This document shows, one piece after another, positions 13,163 through 26,643 of a stretch of 64,000 bases of DNA. Both the position numbers and the translations under genes were made by a program. This DNA is from Octopus sinensis (Eukaryota): the NCBI RefSeq assembly GCF_006345805.1, contig NC_043011.1, forward strand, positions 29,400,464-29,464,463, read 5' to 3'. The notes beneath the pieces were generated by a model that worked only from the letters and a program-made list of their open reading frames with translations, was not told the origin of the DNA and ran no database searches. Positions within the stretch are counted from its first letter, which is position 1; every line of letters begins with the position of its first letter.

Positions 13163-13453
13163 TGTATACACACACACACGCACATATACGTATATATATA
13201 TATGCCATGCATAGCACTTATCAAGAGCTATACATGAAACACTCAGTCCTTGAGTTGCTTTGTAACGTCTATCAATTGAATGTAATAAATATATATATAT
13301 AGAGAGAGAGGGAGAAGGAGAGGGAGAGAGAGAGATATATATAGACAAAGTTATAAATTACAGAGAAAGAGTTTGATGAATTTTTTAAACAAAAACCATA
13401 TTCTAATATCATGACAAATTGTTTTGTAACTTAAGAACATGTCAATAATTGAT

Positions 13454-13666
13454 ATTATTATATTTAATAATAAATTACTTAGATGCCTGCATTAATGTAA
13501 AATGCAAAAAATCTTTCAAAATAACTCAGAAATTAAGCCACGTGAAAGAAAGGCTGTCTTTCAGCTGAGAACATAGCTTAAATTTTGTATTATTCTGAAG
13601 GATTTTTTTGCATTTTGCAATAATGCAGGTATGGAAGTAATTAATTTATTATTAAATATAATAATC
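13454..13666. repeat. Palindrome (arms about 87 bp, loop about 38 bp)
   Basis: attatatttaataataaattactt...aattaagc pairs with gcttaaatt...taatttattattaaatataat. Confidence 0.85.
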
Positions 13667-13850
13667 CTTTCTACTATAGGCACAAGGCCTGAAATTTGGT
13701 GGGAGGAGGTAAATCGATCACATCTACTCCAGTATGCAGGTGGTACTTAATGGATGAAAGGCAAATTCGACCATGGCGAAATTTCAACTTAGAACATAAA
13801 ATGCTGCTAAGCATTTCGCCCAGGGGGCTAACAATTCTGCTAGCTTGCAA
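13667..13850 (-). mobile_element. tRNA-derived SINE family B (ggcgagctggcagaa... head)
   Basis: Homologous to 17312-17515, 18905-19120, 20395-20605, 20660-20875, 22073-22290, 29392-29605, 35772-36000, 39040-39250, 42100-42300, 44595-45020 and 63415-63600. Confidence 0.8.
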
Positions 13851-14104
13851 TAATATAAATTATTTATAGGATTTTAAGTTACAAAGCAATTTTTATGATA
13901 TTACAATTTTCTTATTGCTAAATAAAATTTCCTCAAAATATTTCTGTCATTTATGACTTTATACACTCTTTTTCATTTTCTCTAATATTGTACTATATAT
14001 TCTCTGTTTTGTAGAATGATACATTAAGGAGCTTTTTTTTATGAGTACAACTGGGTTACCTCAATCCATATATTGTGACTTAAATTTATGTGTGTGTGTA
14101 TACA

Positions 14105-14138
<34 letters not shown>

Positions 14139-14184
14139 AATATATGTAAATGATTCTCCATTAATCTTTAAATTATACCCTATG

Positions 14185-14500
14185 TACACCCTACAACGAT
14201 GGATGCAAAGTATTGCTTATGATGCCTGATAGCCATAAATGGTGAAGATACTCTGCAAACACACTATCTAGAACTTACTCTGAAACAAGGTTTAGATACT
14301 GCATTTAACGCCTACTTTCTAAACCTTAATTCCTTAACTTTAAATTTAACATATTGGACTTTCATCTGTTTCCAAAGAAGAGCATCTGCTCAAAACAATA
14401 AACTATCTCTCTTTTCTTCCCTGAACGTCTGCTAATACTTTACATATACCATGTCCTTGCAATGTTGTTTTTTGTATTCTTCTTTTTTGGATTTACTAGA
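14185..14500 (+). mobile_element. Penelope-like retroelement 3' fossil
   Basis: PYNDGCKV/CL*CL remnant at 14189-14235 resembles a GIY-YIG C-terminal Cys motif. It is followed by a decayed hammerhead (14368-14403: GTTT-CCAAAGA-A-GAGC atct GCTC-AAAA-CAAT-AAAC) and a tail similar to 51845-51950. Confidence 0.5.
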
Positions 14501-14550
14501 TATATATATATATCATATATATTATATATATGAATGTATGCATGCATGCA

Positions 14551-14581
<31 letters not shown>

Positions 14582-14742
14582 TAAGCTGTCAAGAAAGTTC
14601 TTGTGGAATTTTTAATTTGGGTTATAAATGATGTATTTTCAAATTAAATTTGGTTAAATTACTTTGACTTTATATATCATTTTAAGGCCCATTTTTCGCT
14701 CTATCTAATCGTGTTATTCTTGTCTTTTTGAATAATTGGGCC

Positions 14743-15103
14743 ATTTTTTTCTGGGACATTGAATGCAACATGGACAAAAAGCAAATTTTGTCACTGCTAT
14801 GAAATTTCTTGAACCACCATTGTGCTATACATTCATTAGTGGTTCCTGAGCCAAACACATCGTTGATATCAAGAGCTGTTTTGGCAGCTTTTCTGACTAG
14901 CTTGAACTGGAATAAAATAAAAATTGTGTAAATTTGCTTTTAGCCCAATTATTCAAAAAGACAAAGAATAACACGATTAGATAGAGCGAAAAATGGGCCT
15001 TAAAATGATATATAAAGTCAAAGTAATTTAACGAAAATTAATTTGAAAATACATCATTTATAACCCAAATTAAAAATTCCACAAAAACTTTCTTGACAGC
15101 TTA
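14743..15103 (-). pseudogene. Mariner 5' end with a transposase HTH remnant
   Basis: Minus frame LVRKAAKTALDINDVFGSGTTNECIAQWWFKKFHSSDK is a mariner N-terminal HTH pattern; the end sequence is attaagctgtcaagaaagtt. Confidence 0.8.
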
Positions 15104-15134
<31 letters not shown>

Positions 15135-15237
15135 TGTATGTATGTATGTATGTATGTATGTATGTATGTATGTATGCATGCATGCATGCATGCATACATA
15201 TATATATAATATATATGATATATATATCTAGTAAATC

Positions 15238-15623
15238 AGAATCGAAATCGATCAATGGAAATCGATCAATGGAAATTGCAGATGTGTTACCAGTGCCGGT
15301 GGCATGTAAGAGAACTTTCGTTCGCGACCGTTGCCAGCACCGCCCCGTTTCGTGCATTGCCAGCCTCGCCTGGCCCTCGTGCCGGTGGCACATAAAAAGC
15401 ACCATCCGTTTGTGGCCGTTGCCAGCTCTGTCAGGCACCAGTGCGGGTGGCACGTAAAAAGCACCCAATACATCACGGAGTGGTTGGCGTAGGAAGGCAC
15501 AGCCTAGAAACACTGCCAGATTTGACTGGGCCTGATGAAGCCTTCTGGCTTCACAGACCCCAGTAGAACCGTCCAACCCATGCTAGCATGGAAAACGGAC
15601 GCTAAACGATGATGATGATGATG
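15238..15623 (+). mobile_element. Retroposon family C (aggaagggcatcc...ggaaaacggacg-(GAT)n tail) with a 14-bp TSD
   Basis: TSD atatctagtaaatc at 15224-15237 and 15624-15637. Homologues occur at 16140-16650, 17520-17845, 27830-28340, 37485-38115 and 44400-44585. Confidence 0.9.
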
Positions 15624-16139
15624 ATATCTAGTAAATCCAAAAAAGAAGAACACAAAAATCAACATCGCGAGGACATGGTATATGTAAAGTATAAGCAGAC
15701 GTTCAGGGAAGAAAAGAAAGATGGTTTATTGTTTTGAGCAGATGCTCTTCTTTGGAAACAGATGAAAGTCCAATAGAAGGGAAGATGGAGGAAGAAAATT
15801 GCCAATGATTCACATGCAGTTACATTTTGAAATTCCATTTTGAAAATCATGTAAATAATTTATATATATATATATGCACACATTTATATATTTATATATT
15901 GTTTTCATCCTAAAAATTTTGAAACTTTGTGAGATATAAAACAGTTTGTTTTTAACAGTCAAATATGATGTAGATAATGTTTAAAATAATAGCATGTACA
16001 TAATTGGTCAAAAATTCTTTGAATCAAAAAAGTAGAAGGCAAACTTCAACTTTTTCTAATGAAAGGGTTTTCACCCAATATTTACACACTAGTATTCATA
16101 GCTTTATTTAATTTGAGTTCCATTATTAAAAGCAAATTA

Positions 16140-16650
16140 TGCCTCTGTAGACATACATATACATATCATAAACATGACCTTCGAACGTTGGGCCTCAAAG
16201 TGGCAATGGCAAGAGATATGCTGTGAATGAGAAGACCTGGCAAGTAAAGTGAGACTGCAGCCATGTCCGATGCTAGCGTTGCATAGCCAACTTATTTAAA
16301 CATCAGGTAATATGATGTGCTTGAGAAGACCTGTTGAGTTAAGTGAAATTAAAATCATGGTCATAGCCAGTCCTGCCTGACTGGTATCCTTGCTGGTGGC
16401 ATGTAATAAGCACCATTCAAGTGTGGGTCTATGCCAGTGCCCCCTGTCTGGCTCCTGTGCTGGTAGCATGTAAAAAGCACCCACTACACTCTCAGAGTGG
16501 TTGACGTTAGGAAGAGCATCCAGCCGTAGAAACCTTGCCAGATCAGATTGAAGCTTGGTACAACATACTGGCTTGCCAGTCCTCAGTTAAACTGTCCAAC
16601 CCATGCCGGCATGGAAAGCAGACATTAAATGATGATGATGATGATGATGT
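16140..16650 (+). mobile_element. Retroposon family C
   Basis: Shared 3' module and (GAT)n tail. Confidence 0.8.
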
Positions 16651-16816
16651 GCATATACATGTACATGTGTGTATATATATAAATATATATATTATGTATT
16701 TATGTATACATACATTGTGTGTGTGTGTGCACATGTTACACATATATATATAAATGTATATATAATATGATATAATATAATATATATATAAAAACAAACA
16801 TATATGTGTGTGCGTG

Positions 16817-16858
<42 letters not shown>

Positions 16859-17311
16859 AGCAAGCTTTAGGTTAGTTAAAATATGTTTGGCACATATCTC
16901 AACTTCTGAAGGCAAATTCACTTCGGTTACCATGGAGAAAAAATTCTCTCTTATGATAAAAGGTGTGAAAACACCATATCCGTCTAGTGCTACCTCCTTT
17001 CGAATTCCCAGATGCTGCACTTTTAGTTGGTTAGCCGTTATGCATATATACATTATGAGCCCCAGTACAGGGCTTGTATGTATGATTTAAGAGATTTAGG
17101 GTTTCAAAAGGGACTGGCAATACTTCTGTTTGATCATACCTGTCATTAGGCTGAACAACTACAACAATCACAAAACAAACAATCACACTTCTTATTAACT
17201 GCAAGAAGAGAAATCTCAACCAAAGCAAAATTCCAATGTCCCATATACTTGTAGTGATGGAAGCTGCCACAATTTATTATTCTTGTTATTATTATTATTA
17301 TTGCCACATAA

Positions 17312-17845
17312 AGAGGCAGCGAGCTGGCAGAATCATTAGCATGCCGAGCAAAATGCTTAGTGGTATTTCATCTGTCTTTACGTTCTGAGTTCAAATTCAG
17401 TTTCAAGGTCGACTTTGTCTTTCATCCTTTCGAGATCAATAAATCAAGTACCAGTTGCGTACAGGGGTCGATTAATCTCACCAAATTTCGGGCCATGTCT
17501 CTTTGTAGAAATGATTATTATTACCATATAAAAGTGTCTGTGCAATACCATGTAAAATTGTCTGTGTGACATCACATAAAAGTGCCTGTTCGGTGCCATG
17601 TAAAAGCACCTAAAAGCACTTATGTGGTACCACGTAAAAGTGCCTATGCAGTGCCATTTAAAAACACCTGTGTGGTATCACATAAAAGTACCCAGCACAC
17701 TTTGCAAAGTGGTTGGTGTTTAGAAGGGTATTCAGCCGTAGAAACTATGCCAAATCAGACTGGAGTTTGGTGCAGCTCCTCAGCTTGCCAGCTCTGGTCA
17801 AACCATCCAACGCATGCCAGCATGGACAATGGACGTTAAATGGTT
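17312..17845 (+). mobile_element. SINE family B followed by family C
   Basis: Motif matches; degenerate repeats of about 22 bp (catgtaaaagcacc) at 17540-17700. Confidence 0.75.
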
Positions 17846-18484
17846 CTTCTTCTTCTTCTTCTTCTTCTTATTTTCCTTATTATTATTGAGTGAGAGAGCA
17901 GTGCATGCCATTAAAGTGACACTGGGGTAAAATATACGAAGCCCAGTATACCCATTATGACTACCCATCTGATAAGGGTACACTAGACATACGCATCACA
18001 ACCATATGTGCACAACATTATGATCTCATATCAAGATATACAATGCATGACCTCGCAGATAGGGCCCAGTTAGAATTTTCTTCTGGTTGAGTAACCTACC
18101 CCACTCAAAAGGTCCCTGAATAAAGGTTGTTTAAGGATGTTGAATGAAACAGCCATGTTTCCAGAGGTGAATTATTCAAACCCCAAAGAATTCCTTACAA
18201 CACATGGCTATGATGCTCCCCCACTACTTCTGCTTGTGATCAGAGATGCACATATCGTCAGCCACTAAGGGACATGATCAACTGGTTAAGGTCAAACAAC
18301 TGACAAGCAAATCTGTGGTATTGAGCACAATATTTGTTGTAGCCCATCTTTTATACCAAGACAAAACAATGTACATGATGACACTTCCAATAAGTTAAGA
18401 TCAGAAGCCATGAGAGCCAGTGTCTGGTACTGTATTTATTATTTATTATTATTATTATTATATTATATTATTATTATTATTATT

Positions 18485-18518
<34 letters not shown>

Positions 18519-18663
18519 TATTATTTTACTTCTCAGAGCTCTCAGTCTTACTTGATTCATGATAATACTTACAATAATTTAAGATCAGAAGCCATGAGAA
18601 TCACTGTCTGGTACTGCATCAGGGTATTTATTATTGTTGTTGTTGTTGTTGTTGTTGTTATTA

Positions 18664-18706
<43 letters not shown>

Positions 18707-18845
18707 CATCATCATCATTAGTATATTATTTCTCAGAGCTCTCAGTCTTATTTGATTCTATGTTGATTCTATGTTGTCTTCTCTTTCTGCAAACTATAAG
18801 ATTTGATACTTGGATAATCATCATCATCATCATTATTATTATTTA

Positions 18846-18902
<57 letters not shown>

Positions 18903-19121
18903 CATTAAGGTGGTGTGCTGGAAGAATCATTAGCATGCCAGGTGAAATGCTAAGCAGTATTTCGTCAGTCTTCATGTTCAGCATTCAAATTCCGCTGAGG
19001 TCATCTTTGTCTTTAATCCTTTCAGGGTCAATGAAAAAAAGTACCAGTCAAACACTGGGGTCGATGTTATTGACTTACCTCCTCCCGCAAAATTTCAGGC
19101 CTTGTGACTTTAGTAGAAGAG

Positions 19122-19162
<41 letters not shown>

Positions 19163-19299
19163 CATCATCATTATTATTGTTATTATTATTCTTTTGGGGT
19201 TGATGAAATGAGCACCTGTTGAATCCTGGGAGTCAACCCTGAACTTGGTGGCCTTTTGCCAAAATTTGAAACCATTATTATTATTATTTTTGTTATTGT

Positions 19300-19520
19300 T
19301 CTAATTGCTGCTTATGCTCTGGTAGATGTTATACCAGAACTATACCAAAAGAGCAAGCCATATCAAATGGCCAAACGTCCTATGAGCCATTCCTTCTTCA
19401 ACTTTGTAACACCTTCCTATGAATCCTTGTTGTTCCTAACAAAGCTGTTTTCTGCTACAGTTCAATTCTGATGGTAATTCCTAGCCTCTTAAGACATTCA
19501 TCCAACCTTTTCCTAATTGT
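19300..19520 (-). pseudogene. 3' end of an RLE-type (R4/Dong-like) non-LTR retrotransposon
   Basis: Minus frame KRLDECLKRLGITIRIEL*QKTALLGTTRIHRKVLQS* has the QKxALLGTxRIxRKVL C-terminal motif. Confidence 0.7.
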
Positions 19521-19718
19521 TCCCAGTTAGTGGCATTTTTTCTGGTTTTATGTTCTGAGTTCAAATTCTGCTGAGCTTTGCTTTGCCTTTCATCATTACA
19601 GGGTTGATAAATTAAGTACCAGCTGAGTACTGAGGTCGATATAATCGACTTAACCTCTCCCCCTAAATTTTAGACCTTGTGCCAATAATAGAAAGGAGTA
19701 TCATTACTATTATTATTA

Positions 19719-19753
<35 letters not shown>

Positions 19754-19755
<2 letters not shown>

Positions 19756-20185
19756 GGTGCAGGAGTGGCTGTGAGGTAAGTAGCTTGCTTACAAACCACA
19801 TGGTTCCGGGTTCATTCCCACTGCATGGCACCTTGGGCCAATCTCTTTTACTATAGCCTCGGGCCAACCAAAACCTTGTGAGTGGATTTGGTAGACAGAA
19901 ACTCAAAGAAGCCCGTCGTATATATGTGTGTATATATATATATACATATATATATATATGTATGTATGTGTGTGTATATGTTTGTGTGTCTGTGTTTGTC
20001 CCCCCCAACATCACATGACAACCGATGCTAGTGTGTTTACATCCCTGGAACTTAGCAGTTCGGCAAAAAGAGTCCGATAGAATAAGTACTAGGCTTACAA
20101 AGAATAAGTGCTGGGGTCGATTTGCTTGACTAAAGACGGTGCCCCAGCATGGCCACAGTCCAATGACTGAAACAAGTAAATGAGT
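19754..20185 (+). mobile_element. CORE-type SINE family A
   Basis: Match to family A. Confidence 0.9.
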
Positions 20186-20350
20186 TGAAAAAGATTGTTG
20201 TAACTCTTCCCAAAGGTAAATGGACAATACAAAGAGCACAAACTCGACAAAGACAGACTAGCTATTGAAATATCATTCAACCAATGAAACATTATCTATT
20301 ATTATTATTGTCTATTATTATTATTGTTGTTGTTGTTGTTGTTGCTGTTG

Positions 20351-20396
<46 letters not shown>

Positions 20397-20929
20397 GGTG
20401 GTGAGCTGGAAGAATCGTTAGCATGCTTGACGAAGTGCTTGGTGGTATTTTGCCATCACTACATTCTGAGTTCAAATTCTGCCAAGGTCAACTTTACCTT
20501 TCATCTTTCAGGGTCAATAAGTTAACTACCAATGGAGTTCTGAGGTTGATGTAATTAACTATCACCTTCGCCAAATTTCAGGCCTTGTGCTTATAACAGA
20601 AAGGATTATTATTATTAGTATTATGGTGTATTAGTATATTAGTATGGTGTATTAGTATATGGTGAGCTGGTAGAATTGTTCGCAAGCCGGGCAAAATGCT
20701 TAGTGGTACTTTGCCCATTGCTACATTCTCAGTTCAAAGTCTACCGAGGTCGACTTTGCCTTTCATCTTTTCGGGGTTGATAAATTAAGTACCAGTTCAA
20801 CACTGTACCAGTTCAATCAACTTATCCCCTCCCTCAGAATGGCTGCCCTTGTGGCAAAATTTGAAACCATTTTTATTATTATTGCTTTTGCACAGCTTCT
20901 AATGCTGGAGATATACTATGGTGTCAGAT

Positions 20930-21400
20930 GTTCACTACCAGAGAACTAAGATAACACCTCCTATTTTTTAAGCACCTTCCAGAGTATTTGAGCAGTTCCA
21001 AGCAGTGCTGCTTTCTGCAAGTGTTTCACTCTTATCGCAGCTGCTATTTATTCCATGTACTTCTCGAGATTTTTACTCACTGTTCCCATAGCTCCAACAA
21101 TTATTGGTACCACAACCACCTTTTTCATGGACCACAACTGCTTTACCTTCGAAGCTAACCTGTCATATCTATCGACTTTCCCTTCTTCCTTATTGCATAC
21201 CTTGTTGTCAGCTGGGCATGCTATATCTATGATCCAGCATAGTTTGGTTTTTTCTCAATTAACACTATGTCTGGCTTCCTATTCTCTATCTCATGGTCGC
21301 ACTGAATCATAAAATCCCACTGGATCTTTGTATTATCATTTTTGATAATGCTTTCAGGTTTGTGGTTGTACCAATTTTTTCTTTTTATTATTATCTTATG
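20930..21400 (-). pseudogene. RLE-type (R4/Dong-like) retrotransposon endonuclease fossil
   Basis: WYNHKPESIIKNDNTKIQWDFMIQCDHEIENRKPDIV, then after a frameshift CWIIDIACPADNKVCNKEEGKVDRYDRL...VVPIIVGAMG...LQKAALLGTAQILWKVL (PD..D restriction-like endonuclease). Confidence 0.85.
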
Positions 21401-21429
21401 CTTGACTTTTGCTTTGCATTTGTACAAGT

Positions 21430-21735
21430 TGGCTCTAAGTCTCACCCAGAGACCTCAAGAGACAACAAATTAGAAGTTCATGTAGGTCTTATGCCTAGGG
21501 CACCATATATTTGGTTTTGTACATTGTGTTGTTCTAGAGAATGTTTAAGAAACCATAAGTTAATTATGTGTTTTTCTTTTTTAATTTGAAATTACATAGA
21601 AAGTATTTTGCGTAGGATATGGCCAGTTCCCATGAGCACAATCTTTTGAATTTCTGCCGTTTTAGGGTTTCCTGGTATCTGAACTATGTAGCGATCAGCC
21701 CCTTTTGCTATCATACCTCATCCTCACAATTATTA
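21430..21735 (-). pseudogene. Another RLE-type retrotransposon 3' end
   Basis: IAKGADRYIVQIPGNPKTAEIQKIVLMGTGHILRKILSM* followed by a 3' UTR. Confidence 0.7.
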
Positions 21736-22917
21736 TTATTATTATTAGATAATGAACAATCTCAGCTTTGTTTTGTTGGGTATGATGGAAAATGTCAGCT
21801 TCCCACAGCCTGCAGACTAAAGGGGCATTTGTTTAATGAGCAAGCTTCAAGAACCCTGTGGAGGCCACTTGCAGTTCCAAGTACTGACGATTTTTATAGG
21901 TGTTTTATCTTTATAATTATTCCAGTCTTTTTGACCTCCTCCTCCTCATCATCATCATCACCACCATCATCATCACCACCATCATCATCATCATCATCAC
22001 CACCACCACCACCACAATCATCATCTTCATCATCATTATCATCATCATCATTGTTGTCTTTGTTGTTTTTTAAGGTGGCGAGCTGGCAGAATCATTAGCG
22101 AGTTCAACAAAAAAGCTTTGTAGCATTTCATCCATCTTCATGTTTTGAGTTCAAATTCCACTAAGGCCGACTTTGTTGTTCCCCCTTTCTGGGTCGATAA
22201 AATAAGTACCAGTTGTATATTGGGGGTTGATGTAATCAACTTACTTCTTCCCTGAAATTGCTGGACTTGTGCCAAAATTTGTAACCATCTATTATTTTTG
22301 GATAGAAACAAATAATGAATTCTAAGTGACACTGCTTTGCGGTAGTGATGCCAGCATCATCAACATCAATGTCATTATCTCCATCAATTCCATCATAATT
22401 GTCAACACCAGAATCACTACTCTGACCTCAAATACCATCATCTCCACTGTCGACCTCACCACTACCATTAAAACTACCCACATAACCCCCACCCCCACCC
22501 CCACCACCACCATCAACCTCGATGCTACTATCACCACCACCACCATTAACAACACTACCAACATCCCCGCCACCAACAACACCATGCCAATATCACTGCT
22601 ACTGCCACAACCACCCCTTTAATGACCAACACCAGCATCATCATCATCATCGTAATCACCAATACTGTCAACGTGACCATTATCGGTATCGCTACCGTCG
22701 CAACAGAACCATCGCCTCCATAAAAACCATCTCATTAGATCTACCTCTGCTAATATAACGTTAGAACACTCCATGTTGCCATTATAAGCATTGTGATGAT
22801 GAGGAAGAGGAGGGTGGAGAGGAAGGAGGGAAAGGAAAGAGGAGGAAGAGGTGGAAGAATAGGATTAGATAATATCATATTTGTTTACTAATATTTATGG
22901 AGGCAAAGAAAAGAATG

Positions 22918-22929
<12 letters not shown>

Positions 22930-22962
<33 letters not shown>

Positions 22963-23275
22963 AAGAGAGAAAGAGAGAGAGAAACAGACAGAGAGGCAGA
23001 GCTACAGAAAGGGAGAATAAATAGAATGAATGTCAGAGGAAAAGAAGGGGGAGAGAGAGACAGGCAGACAGAGAGTGAGAGAAAGAGAGAAGGAAAATCA
23101 GAAAGAAAGAGTGAAAGCAGAAGAAAAAGAAATAGAGAAGAGAGAGAGAGTGTGTGCGTGAGAAAGAGAGAAGGGAAATTTGAAAGAGAAAGTGAAAGGA
23201 GAAAAAGAGAAATAGAGAGGAGAGAGAGAAAGAAAGTGAGAAAGAAAAAGAGAAAAAGAGAAAGAGAGAATAGAT
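22930..23275. repeat. (AG)n-rich low-complexity tract
   Basis: Directly visible. Confidence 0.9.
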
Positions 23276-23379
23276 TTTATTGATACCAATAGTCACAGCT
23301 GAGGCAGATATACCTGTAGATACAAATAGAGGGTGTATTGTATGTAATATATGTTTAACAGCAGCAGCAGTAGTGGTAA

Positions 23380-23414
<35 letters not shown>

Positions 23415-23586
23415 TCGATAAGTGTTATAGAAGGCCGCCACCAGAATTCTTTAGTGAATGAAATGCATACATTTTTCAATGATATGTGTGTGGATTAAGC
23501 ACATGTTAGTATGGCATGTGTGGCGGGAATTCTCTCATCATGCACATATATGCAAGGTTTTATGCATACACACACACACATATATA

Positions 23587-23680
23587 TACCCTCCTGCTTC
23601 CATTTCCTGAGCGCCTATTAATAATAATACTGTAATTGTTCCATTGTTGTTGTTTTTTTGTTTTCCCGTTTGGATTAAAA
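23587..23680 (+). mobile_element. Penelope-like tail fragment, truncated just after the ribozyme position
   Basis: ttcctgagcgcctattaataatactgtaattgttcc...tttggattaa is similar to 51855-51940. Confidence 0.55.
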
Positions 23681-23701
23681 TTATATATATATATATATGC
23701 C

Positions 23702-23733
<32 letters not shown>

Positions 23734-24312
23734 TTTTTATACATAGATGTATAAATATACATATACATATAAACATGTATATAAATATAAATATATATAT
23801 GTCTGTGTGTGTGCATGCATGTATGCATGTATGTAGGTATAGACATACACACATACAAACGAACAAGGAATGAACTGATGTTGTTTATAATGTCAGCAAT
23901 AGTACTGAGAGAAAATCTCTCACTGAAGAATTCTATATACCATCATGGTCGTCATAATCATCATCATCAACACCAGCACCATTCATTGTCCTTTTTTCAT
24001 GCTGGTTTTGGATGGATCCTTCAATAGGATCTAACAGGCTGAAGGAATGCATGATGTTGCAGTGTCAGCTTTGGCATTGTTTCAACAGCTGGTTGCCCTT
24101 CTTAATGCCAACTGCTGGACTCTATTTTTGTGGCACCAGCATTAGTGAGGTTGCTATGCAGCTTGCAAGACAAATACCATTTGAGTGAATGTGGCTACAG
24201 AAATGGAGGAAGCTACTTTATATAATAAGAAGCTGTGAGGCTACATGTGTTCTGACTCTTTCCCTAAGTATTAAAGAAGGGGCTAAAACAGAATAGGCTT
24301 CTTACTGAAGAG

Positions 24313-24556
24313 CAGTGTTTCTCAAGCCTTTTTGTTTATGGACTACTTTGATTCCCATTTTACGCTACTGGACTTCCAACAGTGATTTGAAGTTAAAAAA
24401 AAATTCAATTATATGTTTATAATTCAATATCATTTGGAATTGTAGAAAATAATCATGAAAATATTTTGTGTAACATAGAAGCATATCTGATTTAACAACT
24501 AAATCTTATATAAACCCTTAAGGGATCATGTGAATCCCAGTTAAGACCCACCACTG
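24313..24556. mobile_element. hAT-like MITE
   Basis: cagtgtttctcaa start with a degenerate ...ccactg end. Confidence 0.5.
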
Positions 24557-25000
24557 TAGAGGAACTACATGGTATCTCACAAACATAAATACAAATGCAG
24601 TATGGTTCTATATATGTATTGTAGTCTGTCGAAATACTTCAATTATGAGATTATCACTGTGATTAGAAGACAATAGCTCAGTTCAGAGTTGTTTAAATCT
24701 AGAAAGAAAACAACAAGTAGGGAACATAGATAAATTCAGGTGTTTGAGGTTTTAGGAAAGCAAACAGGAAGCAGATGGGTGTAGGTCTTATCTTTAAAGC
24801 TCACTGGTTAAAGCAATGGACATATTTCAGCTGTATTAAACCTCCACAGCAAAACATGTTCTACTAGTGAAGGAGTGGAATGTCAGCTTTGAAATTACAC
24901 ACACACACACATGTATATGTGTGTGGGTGTGTGTGCATGTATACACACTAATATATATATGTGTATATATATATATATATATGCATATACTTACATATAT

Positions 25001-25049
<49 letters not shown>

Positions 25050-25915
25050 CATACATGCACACACACACAAACACAGACACACACATACACACACACACAC
25101 ATATATATATATATACATATAATAAAAGGTCAGGAGGTATTTATTTATTCAATCTATATTCATAGGATTATGGCCGTTACACACATGTATCTATATGCTG
25201 AGACATATACATATACAGATACATGGATACTCACACACAGACATATAATATATGCATAAGTACATCTATATATATGTATCTATAAATATATTTCATGTTG
25301 TTCCAGTTCACTCAGCTGTAGAAATGAGTTGTGACATCACTGGTGCCAAGCTGTATTGGTCTTTGCCTTTCCCTTGGATAACATCGGTGGCGAGGAGAGG
25401 AGGAGGCTGGTATGCATGGTTGACCGCTGCTCTTCCAAAGCCAATCTTGCCTGGATTTGCTTTTTGGAGGATAAGTTTCTCAGTGCAAGTCCATGGTCAT
25501 TCATTACCAAAAGGGGTCTTTACCCTTTTACACACACACACACACACACACACATGCACTTATACACACTCATACATTTTCCACCCACCAAATCCAGTCA
25601 TAAGGCATTGTATGATCTGGAGAAGTAAAATATTTGCTCGAAGTGTTGCACAGTGGGACTGAACCTGTAGCCACGTCGTTGTGAAGGAAATTTCTTCACC
25701 TCACTGCTATACCTGTACCTACGCATATGTATGTGTGTCTGAGTGTGTGCATTTCTGTATGTGTAGATGTGTGTATTGACACCATAAGGCATGCAAGGTG
25801 TTACACCATTTACACAACACTGTATTGTATTTCAGGTCATTTACACTATAACATGCGGTCTGCTGGGACAGGGTAACTTTAATGTGCAATTTACTGGCAA
25901 TGTTTACTTTGGAGG

Positions 25916-26109
25916 ATGAAAATAATAATAATAATAATAATAATGATAATAATAATGATGATGATGATGATGATGACGATGATGATGATGACGATGATGA
26001 TGATGATGATGATGATGATGGTGGTGATGATAATAAATAATAATGATGATAATAATACTAATAATAATAATAATAATGAAGATGATGATGATGATAATAA
26101 TAATGATGA

Positions 26110-26141
<32 letters not shown>

Positions 26142-26213
26142 ATAATAATAATAATAGTAATAATAATAATGATGATGATGATAATAATAATGATGATACT
26201 ACTACTACTACTG

Positions 26214-26255
<42 letters not shown>

Positions 26256-26312
26256 ATAATAATAATAATAATAATAACGATGATGATGATGATGGTGATG
26301 GTGATAATAATA
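25916..26312. repeat. Compound (AAT/GAT/ACT)n microsatellite
   Basis: Directly visible. Confidence 0.95.
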
Positions 26313-26610
26313 ATGGGTGCATTGGTCTTTAGATATTTGTACCACAGTGTAAACTTTGATGGCATGTGCTGCTCTCTAACTCAATAATAGCAATAATGAT
26401 GATAATGACGATCTTATTGAAATCTATTAACAATCATTGTTTAAACAAAACCTAGAGATGTTGAGTAATGATACACGCTTCATATTGCATGCTTCATTGT
26501 ACGGTAGGGTATTGGCGATGAGATATTTATACTGCTAAATAATTTATCGATAATCATATCTATTTTGTTTTTACAATGATTTAAAGAACAAAATAAACAT
26601 AAATTAATTC

Positions 26611-26643
<33 letters not shown>

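Larger units (their letters stand above)
14352..15775. repeat. Foldback inverted duplication containing two mariner 5' ends
   Basis: 14352-14742 is the reverse complement of 14943-15775 once the insertion at 15238-15637 is removed. Confidence 0.92.

Noticed and set aside
16930-17015. Minus-strand frame HLGIRKEVALDGYGVFTPFIIRENFFSM with a GTAACC donor
   Set aside because: There is no polypyrimidine tract and it sits among repeat fragments.
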